In this document: positions 1 to 12,708 of the stretch, piece after piece
How positions within the stretch are numbered: position 1 is the stretch's first letter
Layout of the letters: every line of letters begins with the position of its first letter
Source: Octopus bimaculoides
Taxonomy: Eukaryota
DNA: 64,000 nucleotides
Direction: 5' to 3'
Assembly: GCF_001194135.2 (NCBI RefSeq)
Contig: NC_068981.1
Coordinates: 187,897,941 to 187,961,940 of the forward strand
The notes under the pieces: generated by a model
Seen by the model: only the letters and a program-made list of their open reading frames with translations
What the model was told of the DNA's origin: nothing
Database searches by the model: none
Position numbers and translations under genes: made by a program

Positions 1-459
1 ATATATATATATATATATATATACAGATTTTAAATATAGATGTGAATGTATTATGATATACATTTCATATCTTACGTATTAATTCTCTTGAGCTTATCTT
101 TCTAAGTAATTTTCTTTGATAGAATTCCGTCAAGAAATACAAATTCCTGGATGATAACCGCTATCAGTAATTGATATGGAAATATTTCGCGTGATGTCCG
201 TATGTATATGTGATATTCTGTTCGCTTTTAACAACGGTATGTTTGAACCGTGTAAATAGAGATGCGTTGAAGACAAGCTTAATAGGCTCTATATATTGAC
301 GATCTAATGGTTGTGAAGGTTTGTTAACAGGAAGTAGCAGTAATTTAATTTTGAGTGACATATACTTGTGAAGTACTTCTGTATATGCGTAGGTGTACAT
401 TTCGTAATGTGTGTGATAATGATATCCAGTTATGTCTCTATGCACGCATGTATGTATGC

Positions 460-890
460 ATGTCATTATTCAGTTTATTTCAAGATTTCTTGTCAATAGA
501 GAAAGAACCGGTTTCTAACCTAGATCCAAGGCTCCTTCATTGGAATTTCTACATCAACAACGGTATTTGTGTTTGTATGTATGCATGTATGTGTGTGTAT
601 GTATGTATGTATGCATACATGCATGCATGTATGTATGTATGTATGTATGTATGTATGTATGTATCTATGTATGCATGTATGTATGTGCAGATTTATAAGT
701 TTTATGTATGTATTCTCATGCATATAGTTGCATATCTAGACATGCTCATATATATTTAAATGATAAACTTCTGCAAAGTTTTACAGAATTTTACAGTTCC
801 AATGATGGATTGGATCTGGAGTCTTCAAATTAGCTTTCTGGTTTTGAGAAACCTAATTTCTCCAGATTGGTATTAAGGCAACGTGTTACA
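460..890 (-). mobile_element. 3' end of an R4/Dong-like (RLE-clade) non-LTR retrotransposon, with internal and terminal (TATG)n/(ATAC)n
   Basis: Minus strand 757-880 reads [35 protein letters not shown]-stop, resembling the C-terminus of R4/Dong ORFs (LQKxxxxGTxxI pattern, from memory). It is followed by a 3' UTR running into ATAC repeats. Confidence 0.55.
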
Positions 891-993
891 TGTATATATG
901 TATGTATGTACGTATGCGTAAAGTATGTATAAATACATGTATATATGTATGTATTTATGAATATATATATACATACATACATACATACATACA

Positions 994-1070
<77 letters not shown>

Positions 1071-1107
1071 CTCTCAATTATCCCCTCTTTCTATCTATCT
1101 ATCTATA

Positions 1108-1144
<37 letters not shown>

Positions 1145-1185
1145 GTCTATCTATCTACCTGTCAGTCAGTCTGTCTGTCTGTATG
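890..1185. repeat. Compound microsatellite (TATG)n/(TACA)n/(TA)n/(TATC)n/(TGTC)n
   Basis: Directly visible tandem repeats; they explain the YI/YL ORFs. Confidence 0.95.
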
Positions 1186-1410
1186 TAGTGTTATTCCACT
1201 TTATAATATATATGGCTCCAGTAAAATATGTCAGGCAGTGTGAATTTTGCTATTTATATTAATAGTAATCCTTGTTTTCATTTCGAAAGTGCTTTTTGTA
1301 ATTAGTCTTTCCAAAATGCTATTTTGCTGACGTTGTTTTAAAGTGTCATAACAATTCCAGTATGTATTCATGCCTTCGTAACGGTTCGTGGTACGTTTTG
1401 TTTTTAAAAT

Positions 1411-1500
1411 TGTATGTATGTATGTATGTATGTATGTATGTATGTATGTATGTATGTATGTATGTATGCATGTATGCATACATGTGTGTATGCATGAATG
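1411..1500. repeat. (TATG)n microsatellite
   Basis: Direct tandem repeat. Confidence 0.95.
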
Positions 1501-2544
1501 TATGTGTGCGCATATGTATATATGTGTGTACGTTTGTATGTGTACTGCATATTCATGTGCTTGAGTGTTTGTGTGTTCTTATGTATGTGTGTGTGTGTCT
1601 GTGTGTGTATGTGTACCTCGGTCACATGTCTGAGTGTGTCTGTGTGATTATGTACTGAGTCTGTATGTGTGGACATGTGTCTCCATATGTGTCCTTATAA
1701 GGCAAAAGTGAATGACTCTCCCAAGTCACAACGGAATATGCTTCAACACACGAACTCACACAAAGAATCTTGCAAACCAAATCCAAAAGCGACATCTTAC
1801 GTAGAGCTTTTAGTAAAACTTACAATAGGGATTGTTGAGATGGTGCTATATTGCAGTAGTAGATAGATTGATGGTAATGGTAGTGGTGGTAATGGTAGTA
1901 GTGGTTTTGGTCATGATAGTAGTGGTGGTAGTAGTGGCGGCATTGTTTGTGAAGGATGTGGTGACTACCATCTGCTCCAACCCAGACACCCGGAGACCCA
2001 AATAATAGTCTTTTATAACCATTCCCTTTATTTCTCTGACTAAGCCCTGAACGTACTTGAAAAAAATATAATAAAATAATGTGATCTCAGACTGTTTTTA
2101 AATTTCGAACACAATTAAATTTTACTAAATGCAAGAGAAACAATATTCAGCTTAGAGATGGAATATTAGCCATAATGTAAATATAATTTTATCACATTTT
2201 CGCAGGGGAACTTAAAATTATGTTTCCAAATATCAAAGACACCGGGGGTCGTTTTACATTGAACTTTACATCAATTAATCTCGTGAGTTCTGATACCACA
2301 TTTATATAGAAAGGCAAACGTGATTGCACCAAGCAACTAAAGACAGGTTGTGAAAAGATAAAAATAGTGAGACGTCTGAATTAAATTGAGAAGCACAGAT
2401 CATGAAAGTTTTCTGATCAATGAAGATCTGCAAATCACCATCCATCTTATAACCTCTACAGCCACATTATTGACAGAAATTCTTATATAAATTGATGAGA
2501 TTAAAAACACCCTCTTGTGTGATCAGAATATCTATTGATGATCT

Positions 2545-2745
2545 AATGTGGCTGGACGCACGCGATCGCTATTCCAACTAGAAATAGCAACCAAATCATT
2601 TCCAAATTATACCCTGCCGTCTTAAAACAAGAGAAACGTTTATTTGATTAATAACCATAGATATATGATGTCTGAGACAAAAACAGACGTGCTTTGTGAT
2701 CATAAGTCTCGTAAATCAGGTGCTGGCTAGAGATAAATGACGACA
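2545..2745 (+). mobile_element. Degenerate interspersed repeat, family E (unclassified, probably SINE-like)
   Basis: Motif CTAGAAATAGCAACCAAAT..CAAATTATACCCT..GTCTTAAAA recurs in diverged form at ~21590 and ~28960. Confidence 0.45.
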
Positions 2746-2937
2746 TTGTGAATACTAATATCATGTTGAATCATGTGGTCCGAGAATCGCCCTGACGTAA
2801 ACTATATCTTTTTACGATAATTAATACGTATATTTTCGTTTCCTAAACCTCGAAAATACCTGTAATCTAAACTAACATAAATCTTTCTGATGATTAGACT
2901 GCCTTCAATTTTTCGGGGTCCGGATCATTCTAAAAGT

Positions 2938-3145
2938 GAATGCGTGTAGCCTAGTGGTTAAGGAGTTCCACTCACAAATCGCGAGATTGTGTTTTCGATT
3001 ATCGGATCAGGTGGAGCGTCGTGTTCTGGAGCAAAACACTTAATTTCTTGTTGCTCCAGTCCACTCAGCTGGAGCAGCATGAAGTAACCCTGCAAAGTAC
3101 TGGTGACAGTAATGTCAAAGGGTGGGGCCATCATCATCATCATCA
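2938..3145 (+). mobile_element. Degenerate tRNA-derived CORE-type SINE (family B-like)
   Basis: A box TAGCCTAGTGG, then GAGCAAAACACTT..TTGCTCCAGTCCACTCAGCTG core shared with 10279-10618 and 29113-29449; (CAT)n tail. Confidence 0.7.
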
Positions 3146-3237
3146 TTCTAAAACAGAAACATATGTTTTATGATTGACTGACAAATTTTGTAAGCCAATA
3201 TATATATTATAATTTAATATATATAATTTGATAAATT

Positions 3238-3315
3238 GGCGAGCCCGCAGATTCGTTAGTAGGGTGAGCTAAATGCTTAGCCGTATTTCGTCCGTCTTCA
3301 TATTCTGAGTTCTCG
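3238..3315 (+). mobile_element. SINE family A head fragment
   Basis: TGGCGAG..GCAGATTCGTTAG..AAATGCTTAGCCGTATTTCGTCCGTCTT..CTGAGTTC matches the other A copies. Confidence 0.7.
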
Positions 3316-6300
3316 TTATTTGGCCAGTCAGTAATATGTTTGAAACTAGAGAAATGCAATAGAATTGGGGAAAACAAGCGAAATTGAAATGAAATTCTAC
3401 GGTCGCCGCTCATAAAAATGCACTAGTTGCACTAACAACACTGTTAAATGCTTTCACGCATTATTTTCACAGATTTGTTTATAATTATTCTCATATTCAA
3501 AGAATAAGGTACATTTTAAATTCACGTAGAATTATTTATAAATATGATTTGTTTTTGTGTGCTAGTATATGCACAGATATTTGTGGATATTGCTTGCATA
3601 AAAACTAAATCGTTCTTTACAAACAATTTCATTAATATTTCCTTGTTGTGATTGCTACGTGTAACTGAATTATTCTCTAAGTGTAAGAAGATATCACCTT
3701 TAGGAATTTCAAATATAATGATTATTAATATAACAATGTGTAATTCATTTTCCTGCCAATTTTGTAAATATTTAGGAAAGTATAGCTAATATTTTCCTTT
3801 CTTGCTTTTTGTTTTTGTTTGATAAATTATTCATTTATGTTTTAAATTTTAAGCCTATTTCAAAAGTGTTGATTATATACAATCAATATATGACTAGTAT
3901 CAATTGTATTAATTGAAGAATGTTTAAACAGAAAGTCAAATTCTGAAGTTAGAAATCAATATTTAAAAAAAAATATCTACTCTAGCTTTTAAATACTTTC
4001 CCAACTTGAACCCTTGTTTTCCCAGCCTGGCTAGAATTTGTATAAACGAGTAGATGTTTTGTTTACTGATTTCTATATCGGAACAAACATTTTCGGTTTA
4101 GCACTCAATACCCAGGGTATTCGTCCCTGTGGAGACCAAATCTCTAGTGACTCACTGGCGTCCTGAGCGAAGCCTTGTGTCTTTAACACACAAGTTTCTC
4201 TGACATGGTTCTCTGCGACAAAATATATCAATAGTCGGTCCATATTTTTATGCACATTATAAATGCTGTACATATCGGTATTTTTATCTGCTTTAGATCC
4301 GTTTGTTTAAATTAGGAATAGACTAATTTTTTAAAATCTGTTACAGACTATTGTAAAATAACGGTTGTAACTGTTATTTTCATGAAAACGTACATAGGAA
4401 TAGTGCCAACAAGATAGATTGAAGATCTTATCGGAAAGCTTTCACAAAAGGTAAGATATTTAACGTTTACTACATCATTATCACATCTAGAAAGTTAAGT
4501 CAGGGAATGATGATTACTTTCCACGTAAAAAGAAAATAGAAACATCATAACAACAATCATTGGTAGATTCTTGAAAGTTAGAAGCTCGTCCAATGTTTAT
4601 GAAATTAATTCCTTTTGATTTTGTTGTAAAGATATATTTAAAAGAGTTTTACTTTGCATTAAAAACATATTGATACGTCTTTCTTACGGATGCTTCTTAA
4701 ATGGATCTAAATAACTACAAGTATTTGTTGCCATGTAATGTCTAACTCCATTTGATTGATAGTGATGCAGTATCTGTCGACCTTTCGTCATTTAATCTGT
4801 GGTATCATGTGTACAACCAACTGACATATTAACAACTGTTATGCGTATAGAAATTTTATAAGAGAAATAATAAACTCGGCAATTTATGAGTGATATATTG
4901 AAACCACGTTTCACTAAGTGTTAATATATTCTAAATGGTATCTGGAAACATCATATAGTTATATACTTGGGGGAAATATACAGTTAACAGACAGTAATTG
5001 GTAAAGCGTTTAAACGAATTTCTCTCATAGTTTTGTTCGTTACATTTAGAATGATTATAACGCTGTTGGTGTTGCGATTTATAGTTTGAAACCTGTTTAT
5101 GGTCCGCTAATTACATTTTATGATGGAAAATTTCATAGAGCTATAATGATTCTCATTTGGAGGTCTCGTAACGTTTAAAATTCTTTTCTTTTGGCATTGT
5201 GTTCAACCATACTGCTGATTTAAAACTCTGCTATTTTCATATTTCAGCTTCAGACCTAATTTTCAACCAGGAAATTCGATATATTTCTTTTGGTTGGAGG
5301 AGATATTTTGAACAACCTACAATTTTACACATAACTAATGGGTTGTCAAATAATTTTGTTTCTTTTTTTCCCTACTACTTTTTGTCTACTTAGAACATGA
5401 TCGTCACATGGCTGGAAAGAAGTAACATTCATTCAAATTTTTAAAACGATAAACAAAATGTTGCAGATGAAAAATAGAGCTAAAAAAAACACAAAAAAAA
5501 TTTAGAAAGAATATAAAAAACCCTACGAAGAGAATATTTTTCGTGTTAATTTAGATAATGCTGGAAAGAATTGAAATAAATGAAAACTAAAAACGAAAGA
5601 ATTTACCTGACAAACGGAGAAATGAAATATCGGTATGCTTTTCTGTGAACATCATGTACTACATACTATCAACGTAAAAAGAAAATACTAGCCAAGTCTG
5701 GATTAAACTAACAAGTATTGTATGATAGTTGTGTACGAAATATACGTATATATATATGCATATATATATAGACATATATATGCATATATATGTATATATA
5801 TGCATATATAAATAAATATATATATATATATANNNNNNNNNNNNNNNNNNNNNNNNNNNNNNNNNNNNNNNNNNNNNNNNNNNNNNNNNNNNNNNNNNNN
5901 NNNNNNNNNNNNNNNNNNNNNNNNNNNNNNNNNNNNNNNNNNNNNNNNNNNNNNNNNNNNNNNNNNNNNNNNNNNNNNNNNNNNNNNNNNNNNNNNNNNN
6001 NNNNNNNNNNNNNNNNNNNNNNNNNNNNNNNNNNNNNNNNNNNNNNNNNNNNNNNNNNNNNNNNNNNNNNNNNNNNNNNNNNNNNNNNNNNNNNNNNNNN
6101 NNNNNNNNNNNNNNNNNNNNNNNNNNNNNNNNNNNNNNNNNNNNNNNNNNNNNNNNNNNNNNNNNNNNNNNNNNNNNNNNNNNNNNNNNNNNNNNNNNNN
6201 NNNNNNNNNNNNNNNNNNNNNNNNNNNNNNNNNNNNNNNNNNNNNNNNNNNNNNNNNNNNNNNNNNNNNNNNNNNNNNNNNNNNNNNNNNNNNNNNNNNN

Positions 6301-7118
6301 NNNNNNNNNNNNNNNNNNNNNNNNNNNNNNNNNNNNNNNNNNNNNNNNNNNNNNNNNNNNNNNNNNNNNNNNNNNNNNNNNNNNNNNNNNNNNNNNNNNN
6401 NNNNNNNNNNNNNNNNNNNNNNNNNNNNNNNNNNNNNNNNNNNNNNNNNNNNNNNNNNNNNNNNNNNNNNNNNNNNNNNNNNNNNNNNNNNNNNNNNNNN
6501 NNNNNNNNNNNNNNNNNNNNNNNNNNNNNNNNNNNNNNNNNNNNNNNNNNNNNNNNNNNNNNNNNNNNNNNNNNNNNNNNNNNNNNNNNNNNNNNNNNNN
6601 NNNNNNNNNNNNNNNNNNNNNNNNNNNNNNNNNNNNNNNNNNNNNNNNNNNNNNNNNNNNNNNNNNNNNNNNNNNNNNNNNNNNNNTGTGTGTGTGTGTG
6701 TGTGTGTGAATGATTTTTTAAATTTATGTTGAGTTATACTGAATAGTTACACAACATGTATTATTGAGTACATAATAGCAATTCTTTTACAAGAATAACG
6801 TTGGCAGTTACTTCGAAGTTTCAGTTCACGTAGTTTCTGCCACAATATGTTGAATATGTTACATAGACCGAAACTTCGAATTCAGTATTGATACTATTCT
6901 TGTAAATGAGTAATACATAACATAAAATAATGAGGATTTAAAATCCGAGCTGGTTTCTTATGGACACTCTGATATAATCCAAATGTTGTTAACCACATCA
7001 AATGATCGGGAACATTCGGAGTCATTTAAGATAAACAATTAAACCGTAGTTTACTCGACTGGTAAACCAATACAACGTATATACGTATATAATCAAGAAA
7101 TCATATTGAAGAGTGGTA

Positions 7119-7335
7119 GGTGGCGAGCTGACAGAACCGTTAGCCCGCCGGGCGCAATGCTTATCGGTATTACGTGTGTCTTTACGTTTTGAGTTCAAAT
7201 TCCGCCGAGGTCGACTTTTTCTTTCATCCTTTCGGGTTCGATAAATTAGGTACCAGTTGCACACTGGGGTTGATCTAATTCACTGGCGCCCTACCCAAAA
7301 ATTTTGGGCCTTGTGCCTAGAGTAGAAAAGATTAT
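7119..7335 (+). mobile_element. tRNA-derived SINE family A (tail type 1)
   Basis: Head GGTGGCGAGCTGACAGAACCGTTAG, B box GAGTTCAAATTCC, body GTCGACTTT..CATCCTTTCGG, tail GGCCTTGTGCCTAGAGTAGAAAAG; more than 15 copies in the window. Confidence 0.9.
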
Positions 7336-7569
7336 AAAAGAATGGGTGAATTAGACATTTTCAAATTTTTAAAAAAAAATATTTTCTTCATATTCCACTC
7401 CTGAACGTGTTTCAGAGAGATAAGTCTCCCAGAGTCATTTGCTATAGCACTAAAGTGCATTTATATGAATTATATTAAATCAATTATAATACACATTCAT
7501 CTAAGGATTGACAAATCTTATGCGTACACACACACACGAACATATATATATATATAGAGAGAGAGAGTT

Positions 7570-7745
7570 CACAAAAAAAAACAACAGACGAAGACAAGTG
7601 GTGTAGAAAACAAACACATGTATTAGTTTAACGCTCGGGAATTGAAAAAGTCTTTAACGTTTCGAGCCTACGCTCTTCCACAGAAAGGAACACAGAAAGA
7701 AACAAGGAGAGATACAAATGTGTGTAGTGGTTAGCGATCTATCAT
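7570..7745 (-). mobile_element. Penelope-like element terminal repeat fragment carrying a hammerhead-like motif
   Basis: Minus strand CTTT-CTGTGGA-A-GAGC-GTAG-GCTC-GAAAC-GTT-AAAG has the PLE-type hammerhead layout; downstream ..TTCCCGAGCGTTAAACTAATACA resembles ~15545-15565. Confidence 0.55.
7651..7688 (-). ncRNA. Hammerhead-ribozyme-like motif, minimal type I, variant core (A6->U)
   Basis: Stem I CUUU/AAAG, core CUGUGGA plus extra A, stem II GAGC/GCUC with a 4-nt loop, GAAAC, palindromic ACGU stem III, GUU cleavage triplet. Confidence 0.5.
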
Positions 7746-8504
7746 GACTTCACTGAAACTAGTACTTGTCTGTTATTTTATTTTATCGACTTCGGTGTAA
7801 TGAAGGCAGTTGCCCTCGACAGTATTTAAACACAACTGGAAGAAAGGTCCCTGAGCATTTTGTCTGACATACTAACTATCTGCCAGTTCGCTGGTATTTT
7901 ATATTTTGTCGTTTTTATGTTATTAACAGTTTTTATTAGATTTCCAGAACTACGTAAAATCATCGCTTTAAAATATAAACCACCCTAAATGTTGTCCACG
8001 CTTTCTTGTAATATGTCATCTAATACGAATATGGAGTATGATTGCCCGTGGTTATGTAGTAAAATTATCTCGAAAAGCATATAAAGATATTGGTATCTTA
8101 AAATCTTTTGAAATCTTTAGACGGTTAATCAATCTTTTTTTCTTTTTTCGTAAACTTTATATATGGTAAATGCATCTGCAATGTTTTATTCTATCTCTAT
8201 TTCTGATTGGAATTAGATTTATATTTAGATTTAGATTGTTCCTCAGTTGAGAATCTGACACTAGATTAAGAAGCTGATGTGGGTATTATGTATTAAAGGG
8301 ATTTATAGAATTAATCTCATCGTTATTTTTACTTTCATATTTTTGCGATATGATGCATTCATTCAACGAAATCTATTTTTTCACATCAGCCATTGCTTCT
8401 TTCTTCGCCATTCTTCCTTATTCTTCTGGAATACAAAAATCTTCAGTCTGGTTCCTGAAATTACATTTTTACGTTTTCTTCTAACATTTAGATTTGAACT
8501 TTTA

Positions 8505-8738
8505 GGCGGCGAGCTAGCAGAATCGTTAGCACGCCGGGCGAAATGCTTAGCGGCATTTCGTCTGCCATTACGTTCTGAGTTCAAATTCCACCGAGGTCGA
8601 CTTTGCCTTTCATCCTTTCGGGGTCGATTAAATAAGTACCAGTTACGCACTGGGGTCGATATAATCGACTTAATCCCTTTGTCTGTCCTCGTTTGTCCTC
8701 TTTATGTTTAGTCTCTTGTGGTGAATAAAGAAATAAAT
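8505..8738 (+). mobile_element. SINE family A (tail type 2)
   Basis: Full head GGCGGCGAGCTAGCAGAATCGTTAGC, B box, alternative tail GACTTAATCCCTTTGTCTGTCC..GAATAAAGAAATA. Confidence 0.9.
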
Positions 8739-8984
8739 ATTTTTATCTATCTATCTATCACTCTATCTATCCATCTGTATGTCTGTCTATCTATCTATCT
8801 ATCTATCTATTTGCATACTTATGTAACTATCTATCTATGTCTGTATTCTGTTGGTATGTCTGCCTGTCTGTCTCTCTGTCTGTCTCTCTGTCTGCCTGAC
8901 GGTCTGTGTTTGTGTGTCTGTTTATCGATCGACCAATCGATATATCTTTCGATCGATTTATCTATCCACCTTTCATCACCGCCA

Positions 8985-8985
8985 T

Positions 8986-9016
<31 letters not shown>

Positions 9017-9136
9017 AACAGCAGCATCGCCATCGTCAGCAATCTTTTCTTTTTTCTTCTTATCAATTGGGTTCTTCCTCTTTCTACTTACTCTTCCACA
9101 GCAGCAGCGTAACAACTACTACTACTACTCCGACAA

Positions 9137-9186
<50 letters not shown>

Positions 9187-9503
9187 CACNNNNNNNNNNN
9201 NNNNNNNNNNNNNNNNNNNNNNNNNNNNNNNNNNNNNNNNNNNNNNNNNNNNNNNNNNNNNNNNNNNNNNNNNNNNNNNNNNNNNNNNNNNNNNNNNNNN
9301 NNNNNNNNNNNNNNNNNNNNNNNNNNNNNNNNNNNNNNNNNNNNNNNNNNNNNNNNNNNNNNNNNNNNNNNNNNNNNNNNNNNNNNNNNNNNNNNNNNNN
9401 NNNNNNNNNNNNNNNNNNNNNNNNNNNNNNNNNNNNNNNNNNNNNNNNNNNNNNNNCCACCACCACCACCACCACCACTACTACTACTACCACCACCACC
9501 ACC

Positions 9504-9574
<71 letters not shown>

Positions 9575-9575
9575 A
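8985..9575. repeat. Trinucleotide arrays (CAT)n(CAG)n, (CTA)n, (CCA)n around an N-gap
   Basis: Direct tandem repeats. Confidence 0.95.
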
Positions 9576-9737
9576 CAGTTCTATGTGCTTTATATTTCAT
9601 TCTGATCGTCACCTTCTTATTGGCAAACACATATTGCTTCTTTTCAGTTTTTTCCATCTTCATTTTAGTTTTCCTATATGATATTATTATTGCTACTACG
9701 TCACAAATATCAATAAAAGCAATAGCAACAACAACAT

Positions 9738-9740
<3 letters not shown>

Positions 9741-9804
<64 letters not shown>
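9741..9804. repeat. (CTA)n-(TAG)n perfect 64-bp palindrome
   Basis: CTA array switches to TAG array at ACT|AGT (centre 9772/9773). Confidence 0.9.
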
Positions 9805-9806
<2 letters not shown>

Positions 9807-9989
9807 TTTAACCAGCGGGGACTGTGTAAGTTCTATGGTATAATATTTGAAAACGTTATATTACTATATTAAACGCAAGCAAAGAATTTCACAAAAATTC
9901 TTTTGAGATTCTGCTATTTAAAGATAAATGTGAAGTCCACTGCTATTTGCTAACTGAAGTTATTTTACTTTAGTTTAAATGGCAAAGAG

Positions 9990-10168
9990 TAAAGACTCCC
10001 CTCGGTCATGAATCACAGTGGGATTGCTCCTAGAAAGTATCCTTCCAAGACAAATGTCCGGGCAAAGTTGTTTAGAGAAGACCAACTGTCGCTCATGTAT
10101 AGCAGCTTCTCCTCACCACGCACGCCACTGATGTTATCCAAGGGAAAAGCAAAATCCGATACAGCTTG
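9990..10168 (-). mobile_element. SINE family B1 3' tail fragment
   Basis: Reverse complement of the tail at 10430-10610; same strand and sequence as 29113-29290 (CCCTCGGTCATGA..CTAGAAAGT..TTATCCAAGGGAAAAG..GATACAGCTTGG). Confidence 0.85.
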
Positions 10169-10278
10169 GGAGTTCAAGTCAGAGGTAGAATCGAAAATGT
10201 TTAACTTAATGAAACAATGTCATGAAGATCTTTAAGTTCGTGCATTAAAAGGTACGTCGATATATAATTAAATTAAAT

Positions 10279-10618
10279 GTGAAGGTGCATGGCTCGGTGC
10301 TTAGAGCGTCGGGTTCACATTCATGAAGTAGTGAGTTCGATTCCCGGACCGGGCTGTTTGCTGTGTTCTTGAGCAAGCCACTTTCTTTCACGTTGCTCCA
10401 GTCCACTCAGCTCTAGATATGAATTGCGATGTCACTGGTGCGAAGCTCTAGCGGCCTTGGACCTTCCCTTGGACAACATCGGTGCAGTGGAGAGGCTGGT
10501 ATGTAGGGGTGACTACTGTTCTTCCATAAAAAGAACCTGTGCGGACTTGTACTTCGGAGAGGAACTTCCTACGTGCCATTCCATGGCTACTCATGACCTA
10601 AGGGGGTCATTACCTTTA
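10279..10618 (+). mobile_element. Full-length tRNA-derived CORE-type SINE, family B1
   Basis: tRNA-like head GTGAAGGTGCATGGCTCGGTGCTTAGAGCG..GAGTTCGATTCCC, CORE-like TTCTTGAGCAAG..CACTCAGCT, tail ending AAGGGGGTC. Confidence 0.9.
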
Positions 10619-10639
10619 ACTTTATATATATATTTATAT

Positions 10640-10672
<33 letters not shown>

Positions 10673-10673
10673 A

Positions 10674-10708
<35 letters not shown>

Positions 10709-12129
10709 AATACGCTCACACACACCTACATAATGCATAATGTTTGTATGTGTATACGTATTTATACACGCTCACATAAACGGATATAATATATACATGT
10801 ATATACATACATATATATATATATATATATNNNNNNNNNNNNNNNNNNNNNNNNNNNNNNNNNNNNNNNNNNNNNNNNNNNNNNNNNNNNNNNNNNNNNN
10901 NNNNNNNNNNNNNNNNNNNNNNNNNNNNNNNNNNNNNNNNNNNNNNNNNNNNNNNNNNNNNNNNNNNNNNNNNNNNNNNNNNNNNNNNNNNNNNNNNNNN
11001 NNNNNNNNNNNNNNNNNNNNNNNNNNNNNNNNNNNNNNNNNNNNNNNNNNNNNNNNNNNNNNNNNNNNNNNNNNNNNNNNNNNNNNNNNNNNNNNNNNNN
11101 NNATATATATATGCTCGTCCCCCCACCATCGCTTGAAAGGAGAGAGGGGAAATAAGCTATATTAAATCTCTGAACGAGATGTAAACTGTAACAGCACGGA
11201 ATCGTAAAATATATGTGCCAACTAAATATGCTTGAATTTAATTCAATATTTTCCATTTCGGTGAGCTCTTTCATAAATTACTATTATGTAAAACAATCAT
11301 GTTATACACTTACAAAGTTTACATTCATATATCTAGCTACGACATTTCGTCCCTCTATTATGAAGTCGAAATTAATTTTCGAGCTCATTTCTTAGTTTAA
11401 ACACATAGAAGCGTTTCGAATTGTAAATTATTCGAAAATGTATTCCCGATAGTTCTGGCTGTTTCTATATATAATTGGTTTAGGTGATACAGTTTCTTTA
11501 AATATTACAACACATTTTGCGCAACTTGCTCTTCGATTCAATTGAGGTAAAGATATTAAGTTATCGCAAAACTTTGAGAGCTTAACTCCCCAAAGCACAG
11601 AAATTTGGTCTGATATCTAGATATTGTATTTGACTAAGTGCCTTGATTTAATTTTCCTGTACCTATTTGTTTTAGCTTTACCTATGTGGTTTTTATATAT
11701 ATTATCAATCTTCGATCTCGTTCTGTTTTATTTAGCCGTCTCTCTAATATACTTAGCATAAGAAAAACATTCTCAATATAATTGCGCAGTTATTATAATT
11801 TAATAAAGCAGTTCATTCCCGTAATCTGGTTTTGAATTCTTTTCTTAATGTTGATTTTAACTTCTTTGGGTGCACTCACAAGTATTTGCATATCGAATTA
11901 ATTATTCATAAATAATTTCTCGTTATTTTCGACTTTGAATATAATTACTTTCCATTCGTTGGTATATTTAAACGTTGTGAATTCATCTTGTGATGAAAAC
12001 CAGATCATATCGGAGATAATATTTTGCAGACTTCCTCATCCTGACACACAACACTCAGTGACAAAAATGTTATTAGCAGAGACACACAAGATGAAAATGA
12101 GGGCCCAGCAAAGTAATTGTTGGTGGAGG

Positions 12130-12255
12130 GGTCGACAGAAATGTCCAACGTAGTGTGATAATATATACTGCAGTTGCAACTTTCAGTATCTAAACCTCGC
12201 ATGTCTTGCAAAAACACCTCCAGTGATTAACATATCCACTTTCCGGACAGACGCG
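12130..12255 (-). pseudogene. Possible degenerate piggyBac-type C-terminal cysteine-rich domain
   Basis: Minus strand RVC..CFCKTCEV followed, with a frameshift, by SCNCSIYYHT, matching the RxC..CxxC..C..YH pattern. Weak. Confidence 0.3.
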
Positions 12256-12284
12256 TAGTTTTAACTACAGAAAAATATTCATTT

Positions 12285-12473
12285 CTACTCTAGGCACACG
12301 GCCCAAAAGTTTGGGGGAGGGGGCTAGTCGATTTGATCGACCTCAGTATGCAACTCGTACTTAATTAATCGACCCCGAAAGGAAGAAAGACAAAGTCATC
12401 TCCGGCGGAATTTGAACTCAGAACGTAAAGACAGACGAATTACCGCTAAGCATTTCGCCCAGCAGCCAACGCT
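12285..12473 (-). mobile_element. SINE family A (tail 1), 5' end abutting the next copy
   Basis: Reverse complement of the A body and tail 1. Confidence 0.85.
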
Positions 12474-12708
12474 TCTTATTTCTTTATTACCCACAGAGGG
12501 CTAAGCATAGAGGGGGCAAACAAGGATAGACAAAGGGATTAAGTCGATTACATCTACCCCAGTGCGTAACTGGTACTTAATTTATCGACCCCGGAAGGAT
12601 GAAAGGCAAAGTCGACCTCGGCGGAATTTGGACTCAGAACGTAACTGCAGACGAAATACCGCTAAGCATTTCGCCCGGCGTACTAACGTTTCTGCCAGCT
12701 CACCGCCT
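12474..12708 (-). mobile_element. SINE family A (tail 2), full length
   Basis: Reverse complement of 8505-8738. Confidence 0.9.

Noticed and set aside
10279-10350. tRNA-like sequences (also 29375-29449, 30975-31054, 34465-34537) as tRNA genes
   Set aside because: Acceptor stems do not close, and each continues into a SINE body.
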